From the human T2T-CHM13v2.0 reference genome, Homo sapiens, in assembly GCF_009914755.1 (NCBI RefSeq), contig NC_060937.1: a stretch of DNA of 64,000 bases. One strand, 5' to 3'. The translations under genes were made by a program, and so were the position numbers. A model generated the notes under the pieces. It saw nothing but the letters and a program-made list of their open reading frames with translations. It ran no database searches and had not been told where the DNA came from. Positions 1 to 15,300 of the stretch are shown here, piece after piece; positions within the stretch are counted from its first letter, which is position 1; each line of letters begins with the position of its first letter.

Positions 1-463
1 AAGCTTCTGTATCCCATTACTTACTCTATAATCCAGTTAGCTTTCTCCAAGAGATTAAGTTAAAAAAAAAAAGTTTACCAAAACCAAATCAGATCCACAA
101 AAATAGAATACCAATAAAAGGCAGTGTAACCAAACTAAAAAAAGAAGTATCACTGAAGCCAACATACCACACATACCTGCCAAACATTCTTGTTACAAAA
201 TGATATTGTCATTTATGATTAGCATTGCCAAAACCCTTAAGCATTTATGAACACCAGGTGAACTACTAGCCGAACTATATTTATAGTGAACAAACATCCG
301 AAAACTGAGCTAATACTTCTGAACGGGCTTCTTTCAATAATTAAATAATAAATATATAATAATAAATATTTGCTGAGCATCTGTGCTAGGGCTCAACAAT
401 GCAGTGAGCAAAAGCATGGCCCATGCTTTCACGGAGCTTCGCGCAGTAGGTAAACAGACACTA

Positions 464-785
464 CTGTTGTCCCTCAATATCCGGAGGGGGACTGGTTGCA
501 GGACCTCCCATGGTTACCAAAATCCACAGATGCTCTGATATAAATCCAGAGTCTCTGATATAAAATGGCATCATATTTGCATGTAACTTATAAACATCCC
601 ATATACTTTAAATCACCTCTAGATTAATTATAATACCCAATACCATGTAAGTGCTATGTACATTGTTGCACTGTTTTTAAAATTTGTATTTTTTTAATTG
701 TTGTATTGTTATTTTTTAGTTATAATATTTTTGATCCTCAGTTGAATCCAAGGATGTGGAACCCACAAACCTGGAGGGCTAACCG
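464..785 (+). mobile_element. MER2 (TcMar-Tigger) inserted into an L2 remnant
   Basis: Termini ctgttgtccctc...gagggctaaccg flanked by TA; MER2-like interior; L2-like sequence on both sides. Confidence 0.8.
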
Positions 786-1399
786 TACTTAAATAATCTA
801 AGGAATGAAAAATTACAGCTGAGAAGGGAGCCAAATGGGGAAAAAAATCATATACAACATGCATAGGGAGAAAATAGCAAAAGAAAGCCAACCTGGTCTA
901 GGCTGAAGTACAATTAGGTGATCAGGCAAAGAGAGAGGACCCAGGCAGAGAAGCAGTGTGTGCAAGGAACAAGGTAGAAGGAAAGCTGGCCTGTGAGTGC
1001 AGCTCTACCAGAAGAGCTATGAGAGGGAGGTGGTGATGAGACCGCCCCGGACCCCAGCGCCCACTATCAAATGGGGATGATGGTATGATGGAGGATCACA
1101 GGACCAGGACACTTTCTTTGCACAACAGTGATCTAAAACAGAATGAGAAGCAAGTGAATTTTGTCTCCAGAGTCTCAGAGTAACATGGGGCTACAAAGTG
1201 CAGAGGAATTCGCTCTCTGGGCCACAGAGTGATTTTTAACATCTACCAAATCACAGAAACTGTGGACTTTGCACCACTGGGTCTGGGTAGGTGGATACTT
1301 TCATAAATCACCTGCTGCACATAGAAAAGCTACATATAATAATCCTTAACAAATATAATGGTTTGCAGATAATACAATTATGTATATAATTCATTAGCA

Positions 1400-2315
1400 T
1401 TAATAAGCAAGTTCAGCAAGATTACAGGATACAAGATCAACATACAAAAATCATTTGTATTTTTCTCTATATAGTGTGAAAATGAAATTTAAAAAACAAT
1501 TTACAATTGAATAATAAAAAAATACTCACAAGCCTGGGCAACACAGCGAAACTCAACCCCTACAAAAATCAGCCAGGCATCATGATGCGTGCCTATAGTC
1601 CCAGTTACTCAAGAGGCTGAAGTTGAGAGGATAGCTTGAGCCCAAGAAGTCGAGGCTGCCAAGAGCCATGATTACACCCCTGCACTCCAGCCTGGGCAAC
1701 AGGGCGAGACCCAGTCTCAAAAAAAAAATGTACTTAGAATAAATTTAATAATCTTTTGCTCTGGAAACTATAAAACAGTGTTGAAAGAAATAAAAAAAAA
1801 AAAACCTTTAATAAATAAATCCAGGTCAAGCCCAGTGGCTCATGCCTGTAATCCCAGCACTTTTGGATGCCAAAGCGGGAGGATCACTTGAGCCCAGGAG
1901 AGTTTGAGGACAGCCTGGGCAACATAGTGGGATCCTGCCCTACAAAAAAATTTAAAAATTAGCCAGGTGTGGTGATGTGTACCTGTGGTTCTAGCTACTT
2001 GGGAGGCTGAGGCAGGAGGACCACTTGAACTCAGAGGTCAAGGCTGCAGTGAGCCATGATCATGCCACTATACCTTAGCCTGGGTGACAGAGCAAGACCC
2101 TATCTCTATAAATAATAATTTTTAAAAATCAGAAAACTTAACTTCGTTTTTTGTTTGTTTCTGTTTTAAGAGACAAGGTCTTCCTCTGTTGCCCAGGCTG
2201 GGGTGCAGTGGTGCAATCATAGTTCAAGGTAACTTTGAACTCCTAAGCTCAAGCCATACTCCTGCCTTGGCCTCCCAAAGTGCTGAGATTCAGGTGTTAG
2301 CCACCATGTGCTGCC
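1400..2315. mobile_element. Old L1 ORF2 fragment with partial Alu (1531-1729 +), AluJ (1821-2115 +) and FAM/FLAM monomer (~2165-2314 -)
   Basis: L1 motif caggatacaagatcaacatacaaaaatc; diverged Alu sequences. Confidence 0.75.
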
Positions 2316-2839
2316 TCTACTTTCTTTTTAAAGGGTACAATGCCAGGTACAAATAGACAATAGTTGGAGGAAATACTGATTATTCAAAAAAAGAGAGGAC
2401 AGAAGAAAATACTTCACAAGGGCTTTACATATATGTGCTTTAAAATTCCATCACTCTCCTTGCAATTCTATCAGTTTAAAAAAATAATGATAAAATAAAA
2501 TTCCCTCATGCTGACTTCTACCACTGTGTTCCTCCATTTTGAAAGAAACCTAGACAAAGCTGGTCAAATCAGCACTTAATAGCTAAGAAGTATGGATCAT
2601 CAAGGCAGGCAGTTCACACTACCACAGGGCTGCCTACCTCAACCACGCCCTGGGCTATCTCAACATCTATGTCATTGGCCTAACACCACAATATCACATT
2701 TTCTTTCTGAAATCCTGACTTCTCCCCTCAAGCAATAAACAGGTTCATCTAAGCTTAAAGCATAAAACAACATTCCCTTGGCACAAACCCCCATTCCCTT
2801 GAGCTGTCAGTTGATGCTCTTCGAAATATCTATATAGTT

Positions 2840-3322
2840 CAGTTGACCCTTGAATAACACAGGTTTGAACTGCACAGGTCCACTTGTACTTTCACTAGAA
2901 GTTACACCAAGTGTGCCTTCCTTTCCTTACCTCCCCTTCACCTCCTCCACTTCTGTCTCTACTATCACTGAGACAGCAAGACCAACCCCTCCTCTTCCTC
3001 CTCCTCCTGAGCCTACTCAACTAGAAGACGAAGATGAAGACATTTATGATTGATCCACTTATACTTAATGAACACTAAATATCATTTATCTTCCTTATAA
3101 TTGTCTTAACAACATTTTCTTTTCTCTAACTTACTTTAAGAATATATTATAGTACATATAAAACATAAAATAAGTACCAACTGACCGTTTATGTTATCAG
3201 TAAGTCTTCCAGGCAACAGTAAGCTATTAGTAAAACGTTCTGGGGAGTAAAAAGTTATACTGGAATTTTTGACCGCATGGGGGTTGGTGTCTCTAACCCT
3301 CACATTGTTCAAGGGTCAATTG
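2840..3322 (+). mobile_element. Tigger2a-like DNA transposon
   Basis: TIRs cagttgacccttgaa...ttcaagggtcaattg, TA at right end; typical cctcct/gaagacgaagatgaagac interior. Confidence 0.85.
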
Positions 3323-3804
3323 TACTTCACTCTATACTTCATCAATTACTAATTACTACCTGATCACTGAGATACGGCTTTTGCCCCTGTCATTCACATA
3401 AACAGACTTCCATATGACCAACTATGTTCTAACTGATATTCGGTGTAGATCAAAAACAATCTACATCTTACCTATTGGTAACAGACGATGTTGACTACCT
3501 GATTCCTTGAAACATCATCTATCTTTGCTTTCCAAACACTCCTTGCCTTGTTCTCCCATCCACTTGTCTTAATTGGCTTTCTTATTTTCTTTTGCTTCTT
3601 CCTGCTTTTTCACTACTGATGCACCTAAAGGTCCTGACATGGATCCTCTGCTCCTTCTTGGACCACCTCTCCTATTTCCTTAACTTCAATGGCCCCACTC
3701 TCCCACAACTTTATCTCCACCCCTAATCTCCCTCTATAATTCTACTAATGGTGCAGTTGACCTGTGTGAAGTGGGTTTCTACACCGTGACATGATGGGTA
3801 TTTT

Positions 3805-4316
3805 TAAAGGCTTCATTAAGACATAATTCACACACTACGCAATTTACCCACTGAGTGTACAGCTCAATGGTTTTAGCATATTCACAGATGTGTGCAACCA
3901 CGACCATGATCTAATCTGAGAACATTTCCATGGTACCAGAAAGACCCCATATGCTTTAGCAGTCACCTCCTACTTTGTTCCAATCACTCCAGTTCTAGGT
4001 AACCACTAACCTTTCTGTCTCTATAGATTTGCCCATCCTGGACATTTCATAAATATGTTATCATATAATTTGTGGTCTTTTGTGAATGGCTTTTTTCACT
4101 CAGTATGTTTTCAAAGTTTACACATGTTGTAGCATGTATCAGTAATTCATGTCTTTTTATGACAGGTAATATTCCCATTATATGGGTATACCACATTTTA
4201 TTTATCCATTCATCAGTTGATGGACATTTGGGTTGTTTCTACTCATATAGTATTATGAATAGCCTATTCATATAGTACTGCTCTGAACATTCATGTACAA
4301 GTTTTTGTGTGGATGA
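3805..4316 (-). mobile_element. L1M (L1MB/MC-like) 3' end
   Basis: Reverse L1 3'UTR motifs (tttatccattcatcagttgatggacatttgggttg). Confidence 0.8.
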
Positions 4317-4513
4317 CTATTGATACTTTGGGCCCAATAATTGCTTGTGTGGGGCTGTCCCGTGCTTTGTAGGATGTTTAGGATGTTTAGCAGCATCCGT
4401 AGCCTCAACCCAATAGATGGCAGTAGCATTTCCCGAGTTGTGACAATCCAAATTGTCTCAAGACACCACCAAATGTCCCAAGTATACAAAATTGTTCCTA
4501 GTTGAGAATCAAT
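4317..4513 (-). mobile_element. MER20 (hAT-Charlie)
   Basis: ggggctgtccc...aggatgtttagcagcatcc...gttgagaatcaatg. Confidence 0.8.
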
Positions 4514-4738
4514 GTTAAAGAGTTATGATTTGTTTTCTTTCTTCTCCTTTTTTTTTCTTTTTTAGAGACAGAGTCTCACTCTATCCCTCAGGCTAGAGGT
4601 AGAGTGCAATGGCGTAATCTCAGCTCACTGCCACCTCTGACCGCCGGGTTCAAGCACTTCTCCTGCCTCAGCCTCCCAAATAATTGGGTCTACAGGTGTG
4701 TGCCACCATGCCTGGCTAATTTTTTGTAAGAGATGGGG

Positions 4739-5113
4739 TGTATTGGTCCATTCTCAGGCTGTTGATAAACACATACCCGAGATTGAGCAATTTACAAAAG
4801 AAAGAGATTTAATTGGACTTACAGTTCCACGTGGCTGGGGACACACGGAACAATCATGGCAGAAGGCAAGGAAGAGCAAGTCCCGTCTTACATGGATGGC
4901 AGCAGGCAAAGAGAGAATGAGGAAGATGCAAAAGTGGAAACCCCTGATAAAACCATCAGATCTTGTGAGACTTATTCACTACCACGAGAACAGTATGGAG
5001 GAAACTGCCCCCATGACTTTATCTCCCACGGGGTCCCTCCCACAACACATGGGAATTATGGGAGTACAATTCAAGATGAGATTTGGGTGGGGACACAGAG
5101 TCAAACCACATCA
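4739..5113 (-). mobile_element. THE1-family (THE1A-like) MaLR solo LTR inserted in an antisense Alu (4530-5226)
   Basis: TG...CA ends, 5-bp TSD tgggg/tgagg, THE1 interior; Alu halves contiguous across it. Confidence 0.9.
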
Positions 5114-5475
5114 TGAGGTTTTGCCATGTTGCCCAGGCTAGTCTCAAACTCCTGAGCTCAAGCCATCCACCGGCCTTGGCCTCCCAAAGTACTGGGATTA
5201 AAAGCGTGAGCCACTGCGCCCAGCCAAGTTATGATTTCATTAGTGAAACTTTGCATGAGCGTAAATCTTGACCTAAGAACACTGTAATACAAGCTATTAA
5301 CTATGATAGCATTAATGCCCTTAAATATTAATATCTAAATATTTACTCTGCATTATTTTGTCAGTATCTCTCTATGCACATCCTACAGCCACTGCTCAGT
5401 CAGCTTCAGCTGGTTTTCCCAATATTTTACAGTCACAATTAATACAGTACTTTCTATAAGAAATTACATTTTGGG

Positions 5476-5780
5476 GCTGGGCGCAGTGGCTCACGCCTGT
5501 AATCCCAGCACTTTGGGAGGCTGAGATGGGTGGATCACGAGGTCAGGAGATCAAGACCATCCTGGCTAACAGGGTGAAACCCTGTTTCTACTAAAAATAC
5601 AAAAAAATTAGCCAGGCGTGGTGGCGGGCACCTGTGGTCCCAGCTACTCAGGAGGCTGAGGCAGGAGAATGGCGTGAACCTGGGAGGTGGAGATTGTAGT
5701 GAGCCGAGATCATGCCACTGCACTCCAGCGTGGGCAACACAGCAAGACTCCATCTCAAAAAAAAAAAAAAAAAAAAGAAA
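5476..5780 (+). mobile_element. AluY-like
   Basis: Diagnostic ctggctaac, gaatggcgtgaacc; TSD aagaaattacattttgg. Confidence 0.9.
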
Positions 5781-5899
5781 GAAATTACATTTTGGTCTTG
5801 TTCTGTTGCCCAGGCTGGAGTGCAGTGGTGTGATGATAGATCACTGCAACTTCAAACTCCTGGCCTCAAGCAATCTTCCCACCTCGGCCTCCCAAAGAG

Positions 5900-7655
<1,756 letters not shown>

Positions 7656-10028
7656 ATAAACCATCTTTTAAAAGGCATCAATTCAACACTTTTAAACTAA
7701 GTTAAATTTGATTATTTAGACCCTCTCCATGGTACAAGGCTGCATAATTATTCCATTCTTTTCCTTACTGATTGAATGGTAGATCTCCAGGTAATTTCCA
7801 AAATTAGAAATTAGTCAGAATTGAGTTCCTTGAAATTGATTTCCCTAATGAGTGCTAAATCTGTAGCTTAGTTTAATCTCACTGCCAAGTTCTTTCTCCC
7901 ACACTTAAAGCTAATCCACTCAAAGAATACTTAGCTGTAGTGCAGTCAGCCAACAAATGGCACTATATGAAAAGGTCACACAAGAACTCACTCATAAGCC
8001 ATGAAGCAAAATATCCTCAAGTCAAAAACCAAGATATACTTTCTTTAAACAAGGAATTATTTCCTTTGGCAACACTGCAGTATTGCTTATCATTTTCAGA
8101 TGACAGATTTTCCAAAGCTTTATCTAAGTACTTTATAAAATATTTTATGTGTGTGTATCTTTTAGACAAGCTTTGTTTCCAAACTCCCAGAGAACTATTT
8201 CTTTTTATAAAATAGTCACTCTCTACCAACTGTATTTTCCCTTAAAACAGACACTTTAAAATATATGCAGTGTAACTTTTGTTGATTTTTCCCTACATAT
8301 ATAATTAATATTTTGATAGCTCCATATGGACTGCTAATTTTAAAATATGTCTCAAGGTTTTTCAATATCTTTTCTTTCCCCACTGAAAACACTGGAGCAA
8401 GAAGCTGAATCCAATCTCTCTCCCCAACTGCAAGATCCTGTTGTGGTGGTCCCCACATCTATCACCATTGGCTCCCCTGAATAAAGCCTGCCTTACCAAC
8501 TTTATTTAAAAAAACAAACAAAAAACCTAGAACAAAAATATTGAAACACTGAAAGGGGAAATTTTTTAAAAAGCAAACCTAAGCAAGTAGCCACCTCTTG
8601 ACAACCAAAAAGAATTAAGTTAATATATTAAAGATAAAAAGTTGGTTATTGGGAGAAAGATGATTACAGAATAAGAATAAAAGGAAACAGTGACTGACCT
8701 TACTGTAAGCTTTGCCCCATAATGCAGCAGCTCAGTGACTGCTTTTGGGAAAGAAACCTGGAGAGCTCACGAGTCAGACTCACTTTACCTGACAGAGCCC
8801 TTCACAGTTAATATTCTACTACGTGAATAGACTAAGTTTAAATGGAAGAAGGAGTTATACCCCACCACACTCCTTTAAATGTCATAATTTTACCAGCCAC
8901 AAATAATTAGCGAGTTTCTGTATATGTAAATGTAGCTCCTCTTGGCTCTTGTTACAATAAAAATGAGTCCCATACTAGATCTCTGATCTGATTTCACATC
9001 TATTTCCTGTCTGCTTATCATCAGTCTTTTTCTCCTGAACAGACTCTCAGATTAAAAACATCTAGAACAGGTCGCATTAAATTTCCTATACCACACAGAG
9101 GCGTATTAGTTCAACAAAGAAGAGTATAAAAGACAGTTAGTTATATAATGAACTATTTAATTCACGGAGGCTATTAAGAGCTCAATAAATAGTAACTAAC
9201 TCCTGAGTGTTTTAAATGTATTGTTTCATTTAATTCACACAACAATCCATACCCCCATTTTACATTTGGAAAAGCTGAGACTCAGAGAGGTTCAGGTGAT
9301 TTGCCTAAGATGAGCAGAGCCTTGAATCCAGATCTATTGGACTTTACACAACAAATGGGTAGTCACTGTATATTACTATCAACGGGCAGCAGATGTCCCA
9401 GCATAGTAAATGAGACAGCAGTTCCTTAAAGTTTATGAAATACAAATTTCTCTACTTTAAGTAACTAATTTAAAAAGCAGATATATGCATTGATAATACA
9501 ACCCACTTAAACTTTTGAATAATTTCCTAAAAACAAAATTCTCATTTTTTTATACTGGTAAAGGCCCTTGAAGAGTAAACATATTACTAACTTATTACCT
9601 ATACTTGAACAACATCACCATCCATAAAGATTAAATTAGAGCACTCCAAACTAGCTTTAAGTCAGTCAAAAAAATCAAACATAATTACTTGTCCAAGGAA
9701 AAAATGATTCGGTTTCTTAAAAGGTAATTTCTACCTGTTTCCTTTTCCTTCCCAAAGAATAATGCTAATCCTGAATTAGCAACAGCTCCGTCATCCACCA
9801 CGTTTCTATGTATTCAAACTTCTTCTACAAAGGAGTAAATACTTTTAAATCTTCTAGTATTATCCTAGTATCCACTGTCTTTTGGCATTATAAAGAAATT
9901 AAATTCTATTTCTTAAAAAAAATCTTATTTTCTTTCAATATGTTTTATAAAAGCTGCAGAGGTGAAAGACTCCGAGCTGTAATTAAGTCACCTATGAAAA
10001 TTACCACAGATAAACTATTCATTTGTTA

Positions 10029-10037
10029 AAAGGATAT
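10029..10037 (-). promoter_or_regulatory. U12-type (minor spliceosome) AT-AC 5' splice site of XPO4 intron 6
   Basis: Minus strand reads |ATATCCTTT, the U11 consensus, exactly where the coding match ends; no GT at the boundary. Confidence 0.93.
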
Positions 10038-10191
10038 AATTTGGAGGAAGAAAGTTCCAGCTCAAGACTTGATTGGCGAGTGCAAGGTAACGCTGAAATA
10101 CTGAAGACATCTGAGCATTGAGGTTTTCCCGCCTGCTGAACTCCTGCAGAACTTCAACAGTTAACATGAAGATCTGACGAAGGTCTTCTTC
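10038..10191 (-). CDS. XPO4: Exportin-4 coding exon 6 (154 nt), EEDLRQIFMLTVEVLQEFSRRENLNAQMSSVFQRYLALANQVLSWNFLPPN
   Basis: Acceptor ctatAG|GAA; XPO4 similarity stops at AAT T|ATATCCTTT (U12 donor). Confidence 0.96.
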
Positions 10192-10912
10192 CTATAGTCA
10201 ATAAATCACAAATATTTTATATGAAAAATTTATTCAAAATGTATCCCCTTTTAGAATCATGAAACAAAACAAACACCTTAAAATTTCCAATGGAAAACAC
10301 CATTTCCTTAAGAACGTGTTCCATTTTTAGGCCTCTACTTGTAATTTACATCGCAGTATGCTTTCAAGTGACGCCAGATGGAATACTTTTACTTGAATAT
10401 AAATGCTACTTCCATAGAGAAGAGAGTCTTTGACAACTACTGCGGAGCCAGAGGAGTCAGTTGCTATAGTGCAGAGCCCTAGGATTTAAGCCAATGCCTT
10501 CACATAACTTTACTCCAGAGCCAAACAATACATACAAGACAAAGAGCCCGCACCATCTGCAATAACATTTGAAATACACGGCCTTCTGGCATTCTTCCAG
10601 ACCTATTTTTAAGGCCAGCAGAGTCCCTTCAATTGAATTCGTTATATCTAAACACAATAAGAAATAAATAATAAACTAAAGATCTTTATAGAAGTATTGT
10701 TTTTAAGACTAGAATTAAACAAGTAATTTTAAACCATCAACTACATTCACCAAACCTATCATTTTACTATATCCTTTGAAATCACAAAACAAATCCTGAA
10801 GTACAGGCTACCATTCAACTACATAAAATAAATATTCTCATGTCATTAGGAATAGATTGAGTAAAAAGTGAATGATCCAATAATTAAAACTCAAGAACAA
10901 AACTACCAATAC

Positions 10913-11029
10913 CTGAAAAACTCTTTTGCAGTTACCATGGAATTCCATGCTCAATCCAATGTTGCTAGTTTTACTTGAACTTGAAAATTCACTCAATAGC
11001 GCAGTCAGAATAGAACAGGCCAGAGTTTG
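10913..11029 (-). CDS. XPO4: Exportin-4 coding exon 5 (117 nt), QTLACSILTALLSEFSSSSKTSNIGLSMEFHGNCKRVFQ
   Basis: Acceptor ttacAG|CAA, donor CAG|GTATTG; phase 0-0; matches recalled XPO4 protein. Confidence 0.96.
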
Positions 11030-12032
11030 CTGTAATTATTTGATAAGAAATAATTGTGAGGCATTACTGTTTCAACGCTTTGTTTCAATGCATTTGTGCA
11101 AACATAATAGAACATTTTCTCCCTAACTTTAGATCTTCCACTGTATCTTTAGATCTTATAACAACTAGTCAGAAAATCAGATATGACAAAATAAATATTA
11201 GCTCTCCTTTCTAAGTGGTCTGGTCAGTGTTAATAGTACTTCCTCAAATGCAGTTATACAAATCCATCTAAGACTTGAACTCAGGACACACTGTTCCTAC
11301 TCAATAGTGGAATTCAAATGATATTTAAAAATAATAAATGTTGAAGGTATTATTTTGTTTAATTCGCAGAACAACCTATATCCTCATTTTACATTTGAGA
11401 GAAGTGACCTGGAATACTTATCTAAGGCCAGCTGAGATTTCAACCCATGTTTGACCCCGTTCTGTTTGTAAAATGCATTCCCAAATAGATGAAAAGTGAA
11501 ACAGATTTTATAGTGTCCAAAATATTATAGCCAGGTAATACCCAAAAGTTTTTTAAATAGAAAAATGAAGATTTTTCTTCTCATTGGTTCTATCCAACAG
11601 GCTCCTAATATCAACTCATTGATTTTATTCCCAGACTAAAACAGTCAAGGTACAAAGGATGGAAAGAGGATACAAATTATTTTGGCAACTTTCCAGGAGT
11701 TAAACAGAAATATGCACACTACCTCTGAACAACCGAAAGATTAAAGTCAAGATGATACTATTTATGCAAGCTTATCCAACAGCTGAACACTGTCATACCC
11801 ACCCACCAACTGCAACATCTCTGTTCAGAAATGCTTCTGATGTCAGTACCTTGACCTTACAGATACTTATCTTGGCAAATCTTAGCAAATAACTTAATGA
11901 TATTAAATTCCTAAAAACTGGCATGAAATATCTGTTGAAGGTGAGAGGTGACTGATGGTTCCATGAGTGACTAATAGACTATCTGTCCATTTTGTATATG
12001 TCTGAAATTTTTCTTTAAAAAATGTAAACATA

Positions 12033-12325
12033 GGCCGGACACAGTGGCTCATGCCTGTAATCCCAACACTTTGGGAGGCCGAGGCAGGCAATCACCTGAG
12101 GTCAGGAGTTCGAGACCAGCCTGGCCAACATGGTGAAACCCTGTCTCTACTAAAAATACAAAAAAATCAGCTAGGCATGATGGCAGGCACCTGTAGTCTC
12201 AGCTACTTGGGACACCAAGGCAGGAGAACGCTTGAACCTGGGAGCCGAAGGCTGCAATGAGCCGAGATCGCGCCACTACACTCCAGCCTGGGCAACAGAG
12301 TAAGACTAAGTCTCAAAGAAAAAAG
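12033..12325 (+). mobile_element. AluS
   Basis: Full dimer; TSD gtaaacata. Confidence 0.9.
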
Positions 12326-15300
12326 AGTAAACATAAAGTTAAATTCCTATTTGCCTCTTAATCTCAACTAAAACAAGCGTGACTATATAGCTAATATTTA
12401 TGAAAGGCACAAAACCCCATATGTTAAAGAAGTTTCTCAGACTTTTCCACACCTGGAAGTAAATGCAAATTCTCTAGCGAATCTAGGGGTATGATCAAAG
12501 ATGCCTTCTGCAACAATAAAAGTTCTCTGAATGTTACTGGTTTGGCATAAACACACACATTTTGTAATTTTACTTCAAAATATACATGACTTAATATAAA
12601 AATGTCCCTTCCTCCCAAAATCTTCAAGAAACCCATTTAACTGCCTTTGTATGGCCCCAGGCACTTGGAGACAAAGAAGCCAGGCACTAAGGCCTCTCAC
12701 AGAAAAAAACAGTTGATCACATATTTCTGTCATTTTACTGTTTAAAGCGATCTCAAAATTCAGGAAGTACAATCCCTTCATTTTTTTAGTTAACAAAATT
12801 GTTAATTTTCAAAAATTTTCTTTTAAAATGATTAATGATTATAGTGCCAGCAATTAACATTAGACAGATACATTTAAATAACATGAGGATCAACTATAAA
12901 CATGATTTTTAAACACAGCTAGGCTTTGGTGGGGAAAGTAGATGTTAAATCAAATTAATGAGATTCAGAGAAAAAATTTAATTCACAATGATCTAATGAT
13001 GAATCCCAAGATCCTAGGATCCTGAAAACAATTTTTCATTGACACTTAGCTTTTCACTTATCCTTTCTAAGACTCTAGTCAATAAAACATTATGAACACA
13101 TCTAAATGTTTGAGAAAACTTGTCTTACTAAAAAAGGAAATTAATTTCTGAATCTCAGATGAGATAACCTATTAAAAACAGAATTGACACATAACATAAA
13201 AACCTGCAAGCTGAAAGAACCTAGAAGCACTCATTAAACAAATTCTTACTCTTACAAATGAATAATCTATACTAATTTTTCACAAGTAATTTACAGCTTT
13301 CCACAGATTGTGTCTTACTGCATTCACCACAAAATGGCTTATTTTAAAACTATCACCATATTCAAGTTTTCAGGAACATCTCTCTAATTAATGATCACAG
13401 CCATACGTACTCACAAAAGCTTTACTTTTTCACATGAAACAAACATTTCCCAAGATAACATGTGGTTTACGGTCAAGATGAGAAACAAATGAGTGAAGGA
13501 GAGGGGCAGGGCAACGACAGGTGAAAGCCCTGCTAAAGCTACTCCTGCAACTACAAACTTCATCAGACAAAACAAGGAGCCCTAGTGGCATGGAACTGCT
13601 TTTTAGTTACGGCAATGAATATATCCCTCCAAAACAGCAAACTTCCACACTAATGAAGTACAAATTCACCCATAAAAACAAGTACATTCTTAATCGATGA
13701 GAATTTAGAACAAAATGCACTTATAGACTTAGCCCCCTGAACACGTAAGAATCTTTCGTTTTTAAATAATTTTTTCATCCTACAAAAATATACTTCTATC
13801 TTAGAAAAACTAGAAATCGTAGAAAAGCACAACGAAAATAAAATTGTCTACAATCCTACCATCCAGGAGTTATTACTGTAACATTTATAGCTTTCCAATT
13901 TTTTGATGCACAGATATAAATTTTTATATATCATTGATATAAACCCAAATATAGTTTTACATTCTACGTTTCCACTTTATACCTATGAAATAAAAAGAAA
14001 AAAATTTAAAAACAAATGTGTTCTATTTAAATATACCACTTAAAGACTTAAGAAATACATAAAAATAAATTATTGTACAGCATTGTTAGAGGTATTGCAA
14101 GAAATCAAATATTCTGGCTTTAACTGTACCTACGATTATCAGCTTCCAAAGAACTAAAATTCAATAGGATATTTTCATCATTAAAATATACCAAATAGTA
14201 TAAGCTCTCCTTAATTTGGAAATCCTGTAGGAATATGAGATTATCATCATAAATATTAATCATACTACACTAGTCTGGCTCAAAGGTGCCAAATGAATAG
14301 AGACTCCTGGGGAATGATGAATAATTAAACATTGATTATACATTAAGAGAGCAAAGTACTTCAACACATATCAACAAAGTATTTCTCCCTATTCATAGGG
14401 GAATTAAACATATCACTAAATGTCTAGGACTCACTTCTAAATATGTTTGCTCATTTTCAATATTTAATTATGGATTAAATCCCCTTAAAATGAAGTTACT
14501 CTCACATTGTGGGTTGTAATGAAGATAGCTAGGGAAGCAAGCCAAAAATAAAACTCCCAAGGGAGAACAGAGGACAGCTTCTTCCCAGGAAAGAGAGAGG
14601 AAAGAAAAAAAATTAAAGCATCAAATCTGCCTAAAGGAGATCACCAGCTTCAGCTTTTCTTACCCTTAAAGAATGTTCTTATCTGCCTCCTTCAGACTGT
14701 TAGGTCTCAATGGGCATTCCGAGTGCACTACCCCCTAACTCACCCTCTACTGACCAGTATCTTCAAGTGCTGCCTCTCTGGCCTTTGTCAAAGTCAGAGC
14801 TAGATATTTTTCCATATCAGAGACAGTGGCTCTGATACTTAAGACAGCCGGAAACAAAAGCTGTAGTAATTAATGTCAGTGAATTCGGATCAAAGTTGAC
14901 TAACTAACTAATTGATAAAAGACTGCCATACTAAAATACACAGGAATTTGCCCAGTATAAAATACAAATCTTAAGACTTCTAAGAGGTTAATACAACAAT
15001 ACTTCACTTATCTAAGATCATGAAGAATTAAGTTAATATGTTAATTTTGTAAATGCAGCAAGCAAACATTTTTAATGAAACGTCCTATAAATTTTTCTTA
15101 AGGAATTATTTCTATGGCAATTATATGATATTATACTTAAGTGACTACTTGGAAGCTACTAAAACATAAGGGGCCTTCCACCCGTTGGCAACGTGGTGCC
15201 AGATCCCAATGCTTGTTGATTTATGTCTGCTTCATAGCTTTTCTCAATCATCCTTTGTTGTTGTCTATCATTCACTGCTGCTGGCAATTTGACTGCCACT

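Noticed and set aside
1-6. Window begins with a HindIII site (aagctt)
   Set aside because: Possibly a clone end; no vector sequence and no biological meaning.
2850-3053. Pro/acidic-rich 67-aa ORF
   Set aside because: Lies within the Tigger2a low-complexity interior.
15183-15193. Near-palindrome cgttggcaacg (RFX-like)
   Set aside because: Too short to distinguish from chance.
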